In this document: piece after piece, positions 34,510 to 41,111 of the stretch
Position numbering within the stretch: position 1 is the stretch's first letter
Layout of the letters: every line of letters starts with the position of its first letter
Assembly: GCF_001194135.2 (NCBI RefSeq)
Contig: NC_068988.1
Coordinates: forward strand, 27,226,120 to 27,267,230
DNA length: 41,111 nucleotides
Source of the DNA: Octopus bimaculoides
Lineage: Eukaryota
Direction: 5' to 3'
Position numbers and translations under genes: made by a program
The notes under the pieces: generated by a model
Told to the model about the DNA's origin: nothing
What the model saw: only the letters and a program-made list of their open reading frames with translations
The model's database searches: none

Positions 34510-34540
<31 letters not shown>
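34378..34540. repeat. (TACA)n plus (TA)n microsatellite
   Basis: Direct reading of the sequence. Confidence 0.95.
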
Positions 34541-34729
34541 CTGGACTCAGGAAACTATTTTGAATTATTTTTAAAATTATTTTAAAATTTAAGCTAATAT
34601 ATCTAATACTATTTGAAAGACACATAAGAGAGAAACTTTATTTTTATAATGTAAAGAATTAATATAGGATTTATATAGTTTATAATAATGGGTTTATCAA
34701 AGTTTAAGCAACTAATAAAAAAAAAAAGG

Positions 34730-34975
34730 TGATGGCGATAGTGATAGTGACAGTGAAGGTGGTGGTGGTGCTCATGATAATGATAATAAGTATCATCATC
34801 ATCACCGCCATCATCATTGTCATCATAGTCATCACCACTATCATCATTGTCATCATCATCATCACATCTTCATCATTATCATCATCATCATCACCACCAT
34901 CATCATTGTCATCATCGTCATCACATCTTCATCATTGTCGTCATCATCATTATCATCATCAGCATCGTTGTCATC
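34730..34975. repeat. (GAT/GGT)n then (CAT)n trinucleotide tract
   Basis: Direct reading of the sequence. Confidence 0.9.
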
Positions 34976-35744
34976 CTGTATTCAAATAACCAATTCATTT
35001 GCTCTTCTTATGCTCTTATGAATGGCATGGATGTCACAACGAGCCCTTGTTATCAACAGGCTTCATATGTTAATGAGCATACTTGATAACGAGGTTAAAA
35101 TTACAAACTTAATTAAACCCTTTTATATTCATATATATATATATATATATATATATANNNNNNNNNNNNNNNNNNNNNNNNNNNNNNNNNNNNNNNNNNN
35201 NNNNNNNNNNNNNNNNNNNNNNNNNNNNNNNNNNNNNNNNNNNNNNNNNNNNNNNNNNNNNNNNNNNNNNNNNNNNNNNNNNNNNNNNNNNNNNNNNNNN
35301 NNNNNNNNNNNNNNNNNNNNNNNNNNNNNNNNNNNNNNNNNNNNNNNNNNNNNNNNNNNNNNNNNNNNNNNNNNNNNNNNNNNNNNNNNNNNNNNNNNNN
35401 NNNNNNNNNNNNNNNNNNNNNNNNNNNNNNNNNNNNNNNNNNNNNNNNNNNNNNNNNNNNNNNNNNNNNNNNNNNNNNNNNNNNNNNNNNNNNNNNNNNN
35501 NNNNNNNNNNNNNNNNNNNNNNNNNNNNNNNNNNNNNNNNNNNNNNNNNNNGGTTTTATTTACATTGTATATTAGTCAATAAATCAATGTAGTTGTGACA
35601 AGCCATGCTAATCCTTTTAGATGGTGCTTCTGATATGAAGTTTTGATTTTGACGTCAGGGAAATAATACGCACAAATGATGCAAACAGAACAGATGAATG
35701 CTACGAATGAACTCTAAGAAATGAAAGTCACAAATAAACTTGAT

Positions 35745-35765
35745 GTGTGTGCGCGCACGTGCATG

Positions 35766-35798
<33 letters not shown>

Positions 35799-35965
35799 AT
35801 GTGTGTGTGCATGTGTGTGCGCTTGTGTGTGTAGAGTTGGTGACCAATATTTTTAGACCGAGTCGGCCACTGTACATACATACATACATACATACATATG
35901 TGTATGTGTACATAAATCTCTCTCTCTTTCTATCTATCTACACACATACACACACACACATAAAT
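35745..35965. repeat. (TG)n/(TACA)n/(CT)n microsatellite block
   Basis: Direct reading of the sequence. Confidence 0.9.
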
Positions 35966-36979
35966 ATATAAACGTATATATTTATCATCGTTATTTTAAA
36001 ATCCTATTTTCCATGCCCACATGGGTTGGATAAAATATGTCAGGATGGATTTTCTACAGGCAGATGCCTTTCCTGCCATCAACACTCAGTTTCCAAATAA
36101 GGTAACATTTCCCCATGACTAGACATGAAGGACATCACTTGCATGAGAGTGAGGAGGGAGAGAAAGAGAGGAGAAGAGAAGAATGAAAAAATACACATGT
36201 CCCCTGCCCTGGTTGATTTTTTTTTTTTTTTAGTGAATAGCTATTTGGTTATTGGTTGTTGCAGAATGTTATGTTTGCAGGTTTGGTTGTCAAACAACAA
36301 CTGATATTGAATTTAGCCTAACTTAATGCATGACTGCGTCAGTCCTCTGTTTTCCTCTGTCCATTATTTGTCAATGTCTGCCTGACAATCTTTCTCTTCT
36401 CTCTTTAAACCTGATCTCTCTTTTTGTACTCCAGAACAAGTTTGATTGGACGAATTTGTTCTGACATCACTCAAAAAGGTGAGGCATATTTCTATGTAAT
36501 TTTATTGACCACAAGTTTGCTGACGTCATTACTCAACCTGAAGATCCTATTTTTAGTTCATTAAAATTTTCAGAAATGGAAAGCAAAAGTTCAGGTTCAA
36601 ATTCAAGTAGAGAACTGCTACAGTATCGTTGCTGCTGCGTCAACTTGTACTCCATGATCTGGTACTGCATACCTGGGTTGTTTCAATTGGCCCTGCCAGT
36701 CTGGGCTAAGCTGGGCTGAGCTGAATGCCAATGATCCCTACAAGCAATTTCAGCTCGTAATCCCTTCTCAGCAGCAATAATTGTTAGTATAACACCAGCA
36801 GCTTGATTGCTTAAAAAATGTGATGATCTAGGCCAAAGGTTCTCAACCATTTTTCATCTATGGACCCCTTTGATTATTATTTTATTCTGGTGGGCCCCCT
36901 TAGCCATTTAATGTTCGAAATCTAGTTTTATAAACACTTCATACAAAATTCCTATATTGGATAGACAGTACTATTCTTT

Positions 36980-37825
36980 CTAAGGTGGCGAGCTGGCAGA
37001 AACGTTAGCACGCCAGGTGAAATGCTTAATGGTATTTCGTCTGCCGCTACGTTCTGAGTTCAAATTCTGCCAAGGTTGACTTTGCCTTTCATCCTTTCGT
37101 GGTTGATAAATTAAGTACCAGTTACGCACTGGGGTCAATATAATCGACTTAATCCCATTGTCTGTCCTTGTTTGTCCCCTCTATGTTTAGCCCTTTGTGG
37201 GTAATAAAAAAATAAGAAACGTTAGCATGCCAGGCGAAATGCTTAGCGATATTTCATCTGTCTTTACATTCTGATTTAAAATTCCGCCGGGGTCAACTTT
37301 GCCTTTCATCCTTTCGGGGTCGATAAATTAAGTACCAGTTACATACTGGGGTTGATCTAATCGACTGGCCCCTCCCCTCCCCAAATAATTTGGGCCTTGT
37401 GCCTAGAGTAGAAAAGTAATATTCTTTCTACTATCAGCACATGGAGAGGGAACTAGTCAATTATACTGATCCCATTTCTCAACTGTGACTTATTTTTTTT
37501 GATCCTGAAAGAATGAAAAGTAAGGTCAACCTTGACAAAATTTGAACTCAGAACATAAAGCTGGAATAAATACTACTCAGTATTTCGTTTGGCAAACTAA
37601 CAACTCTGCAGATTGCTGCCTCTGAAAAGATGGTAATATTGAATATTAAGGCAGTGAGCTGTCAGAATTGTTAGTACACCAGGCAAAATGGTTCAAATTC
37701 CACCAGGGTCATCTTTGCCTTTCATCCTTTCGGAGTCCATAAAATAATTACCAGTTGGGGTCAATCTAATCAACTTACCCACTTCCTCGAAATTGTTGGC
37801 CTTGTGCCAAAATTCGAAAGCAATA
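36980..37825. mobile_element. Cluster of four SINE family B copies (+,+,-,+)
   Basis: Copies at about 36980-37215, 37216-37420, 37425-37625 (minus) and 37645-37825. Confidence 0.85.
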
Positions 37826-38574
37826 TTGAATAGACAATTACATTGAATCAGCAATGATCTTGTAATGAAGGAATCATTGTACATTTGATGATGTACGTGT
37901 CATGTATACCATGGCAAACAATGAAAAATTAAAATACTTTTAATATGGCCAAATGGGAGTGATTGTGACTTAAGGGTAAATATGGTGCCAGCCAGTTTAC
38001 TTCTTTTCTTCATTAGAGTAAATATTTTTTTGTCTTCCTCCTTTCTTAGAATCTGTTGTGATAGTCTATGACACATTGTTGATCTCTGTTGTTCCCTGCA
38101 AATGAAGAATTTTTTCTCTCTTAACTGTTATCCTGTTAATATAAAACATTGCTCTATTTCTTAATACAAAATTTTACTATTTGACATCAGTTAATGAAAG
38201 ATAAATAAAGTAAACAAAATATTTTTCCATGCAATGGCACATGTTCAGTAAAGTTGGCAGACCAAATGAAATGAGGCCATAAGCCAGATTTGACTTGCAG
38301 GTCTCAGGGTTTGCCAACCTTTGCATAACACCTTCACACAACTTAGTGAGACTGTTTTGTATTCACAGTGTACACTGCATATGGAAACCACAAACTAGCA
38401 AACTACTTCATTGGTAAACTTTCACAAACTTTAGCACGTTGTTTGGATGTGGGGCACCACCTTGAGGGGTTTCCAGTATTTGGTTTTTTTGGGGGGGTTT
38501 TTCGCACTTATTCAACAAATTTCTTCTTGTTGAACTTTTAAATTACAATGGCATAAACAAACCAATACTGATTG

Positions 38575-38762
38575 TCGAGTGGCGGTGGTGGTNNNNNNNN
38601 NNNNNNNNNNNNNNNNNNNNNNNNNNNNNNNNNNNNNNNNGGAGGAGGTGGTGGTGGTGGTTGTGGTGGTGGTGGTGGCGGCGGCGGTGGCAGTGGTTGT
38701 GGAGGAAAAACACAAATGCACATACATACATGCATGTATACATACATACATACATACATATA
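38575..38762. repeat. (GGT)n around a gap, then (TACA)n
   Basis: Direct reading of the sequence. Confidence 0.9.
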
Positions 38763-38824
38763 TGATGATGGCCATCCACTCGTGACTGAGGAACACCATT
38801 GCTAACCTTTAGGGACATTGTGCA

Positions 38825-39130
38825 CTCTAGGACTAACTTATATTTTGCTTTTGCAGCTCCGTTGATGGCCACTGAGCCCTGCTCTTGACAAGCATACATG
38901 ACTGCAAACATTGCAAGCCAAGCTTCCCCCATTCTCTATGCTAGCAGTGCACTTTCAAGTAGCACGCTTAAATTCTTCATGCGGAATACGTGCTCTTTCG
39001 AAGGTGTTAACCCCACTCCTTAACCTGTTTCCTCCATCTGTGGCAATGACAGGCATTGCTCTCCCAGTCAGTGTCCTGCATATTACAGGCCTTTAATGAG
39101 GACTTGACGCAGTCCTTAAATCTCAGCCTA
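38825..39130 (-). pseudogene. BovB-like RTE ORF2 C-terminus with zinc-finger-like end
   Basis: RLRFKDCVKSSLKAC...WE..A....WR..V / GVNTFERAR...KR...ACNVCSHVCLSRAGLSGHQRSC. Confidence 0.75.
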
Positions 39131-39147
39131 CATACATACATACATAC

Positions 39148-39372
39148 ATGATTACTGCAGCCCCTATTTGTTCCATGTACTTCTCAAGATTTTTACTCAC
39201 TGTTCCCAGGGCTCCGACAGTTATTGGTACTACTACCGCCTTTTTCATCAACCACAACTGCTTAACTTCCCAAGCCAACCTGTCATATCTATCGACTTTT
39301 CTTTCTTCCTTATCACATGCCTTGTTGTCAGCTGAGCATGCTATATCTATGATTCACCATAGTTTGTTTTCT
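39148..39372 (-). pseudogene. R4/Dong-like non-LTR restriction-like endonuclease fragment
   Basis: IIDIACSADNKACDKEERKVDRYDRLAWEVKQLW..VVVPITVGALGTVSKNLEKYMEQIG. Confidence 0.8.
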
Positions 39373-39379
39373 TTCTCAA

Positions 39380-39679
39380 TTTACTCTCTTTACTCTTTTA
39401 CTTGTTTCAGTCATTTGACTGCAGCCATGCTGGAGCACCGCCTTTAGTCAAGCAAATCGACCCCAGGACTTATTCTTTGGAAGCCTAGTACTTATTCTAT
39501 CGGTCTTTTGCCGAACCGCTAAGTTACGGGGACGTAAACACACTAGCATCGGTTGTCGAGCAATGTTGGGGGGGGACAAACACATACACACATATATATA
39601 CGTATATACAACAGACTTCTTTCAGTTTCCGTCTACCAAATCCATTCACAAGGCTTTGGTTGGCCCGAAGCTATAGCAG
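39380..39679 (-). mobile_element. SINE family A, runs into a gap
   Basis: Reverse complement of tail and body. Confidence 0.88.
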
Positions 39680-39963
39680 NNNNNNNNNNNNNNNNNNNNN
39701 NNNNNNNNNNNNNNNNNNNNNNNNNNNNNNNNNNNNNNNNNNNNNNNNNNNNNNNNNNNNNNNNNNNNNNNNNNNNNNNNNNNNNNNNNNNNNNNNNNNN
39801 NNNNNNNNNNNNNNNNNNNNNNNNNNNNNNNNNNNNNNNNNNNNNNNNNNNNNNNNNNNNNNNNNNNNNNNNNNNNNNNNNNNNNNNNNNNNNNNNNNNN
39901 NNNNNNNNNNNNNNNNNNNNNNNNNNNNNNNNNNNNNNNNNNNNNNNNNNNNNNNNNNNNNNN

Positions 39964-40004
<41 letters not shown>

Positions 40005-40756
40005 CATACATATACACACACACATATATATATATGTATGTATGTATGTATGTATATACTTAGATAAAGATAGCTATGGCTGGTCTATGGAGTTACCCTG
40101 GGTTTCATGTCCATAAAGCGCTTAGCTTTATGCTGTTTCTTCAGACCCAAATGGCCAGTGACCAGTAGTTGGTCTGTGTGTTTCTCTCTAGGGGTTCATT
40201 ACTCAATAAGCAATTTGATTAATATGTAAGAATATTAACCTTTCTATTTTGAGGGCAGAGTTTGTGGGTTATGTTTTTATGAATATTTTTTTTCAATTCT
40301 GTTTCAAACATAGGTATCTTATATATTATTTCAGGCCTATAGATATATATGAAAGTTGGGCATTATAAAAAGTGCATATATGTCCAATGACCAAGTTTTG
40401 AAATACTGGACTAGATTTTGAACCTTTGACCTTTACATTATCAAATTAAAGGATTGAATCCAGTAAAACCAAAAATAATTGAAATTACTGGTATATCCTC
40501 TACTTCCTTACATCCTTTTGTGAACCACTTAAAAACAATCTCATGATCCAATGGGGACACACCTAGAAATACAAACACCACCTTACAAAGTTCTATATGT
40601 ATGAATAAATTCTAAACACTAAGATAACCCCAATTTAATCAATAAAACCTTCTCAAAAACATCTCTCCACCACAACGCAGCTTTCAACTTAATTACTATT
40701 CCACTCATACCATTGGTGTGCCAGAAGAAATGTGTGTGCTGGAATTTTTAAAGACA

Positions 40757-40925
40757 TAGGTGTAGGCATGGCTATGTGGTAAGAAGCTTGCTTCCTAACC
40801 ATATGGTTCCAGGTTCAGTCCCACTGCATGGCGCCTTAGGTGAGTGTCTTCTACTATAGCCTCGGATCAACCAAAGCCTTGTGAGTGGATTTGGTAGAGG
40901 GAAACTGAAAGAAGCCCATTGTATA
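40757..40925 (+). mobile_element. SINE family A, 5' half
   Basis: Head through GAAACTGAAAGAAGCCC, interrupted by the RTE tail. Confidence 0.85.
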
Positions 40926-40931
40926 TATATA

Positions 40932-41111
40932 TCATCATCATCATCATCATCATCGTTTAACGTCCGCTTTCCATGCTAGCATGGGTTGGACGATTTGACT
41001 GAGGACTGGTGAAACCGGATGGCAACACCAGGCTCCAGTCTGATTTGGCAGAGTTTCTACAGCTGGATGCCCTTCCTAACGCCAACCACTCAGAGAGTGT
41101 AGTGGGTGCTT
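40932..41111 (-). mobile_element. RTE-type 3' tail, young copy, inserted into a SINE
   Basis: (CAT)n followed by the reverse complement of 4679-4820; runs off the window end. Confidence 0.85.

Noticed and set aside
36832-36905. CAAAGGTTCTCAACC hAT-like terminus
   Set aside because: Only one degenerate end is visible, with no TSD or partner TIR.

Overview
AT-rich animal genomic DNA with five assembly gaps. The SINE, RTE and microsatellite content points to an octopus-type coleoid cephalopod, which is an inference from repeat content only. One host gene is recognisable: a minus-strand OSER1 homologue. Its two coding exons (17196-17551 and 6187-6994) join in matching phase 2 into a 387-aa protein with the conserved N-terminal and C-terminal OSER1 motifs. 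A candidate non-coding first exon and CRE/ETS/YY1 promoter lie at about 22.4-22.6 kb. The rest is mostly repeats: several tRNA-SINE families, RTE LINE pieces, relics of CR1/L2-like, R4/Dong-like and Penelope-like retroelements, Chapaev3-like and Tc1/mariner DNA transposons, MITEs and microsatellites. The strongest leads are a very young Merlin-like foldback MITE carrying telomeric/G-quadruplex repeats, a candidate 7-nt frameshifting microexon with an alternative terminal exon in OSER1, a uORF ending 3 nt before the OSER1 start, and decayed hammerhead motifs linked to a Penelope relic. I cannot demonstrate a wholly new biological system from sequence alone. All family assignments come from motif recognition, not database searches, and repeat boundaries are approximate unless a TSD or TIR is given.
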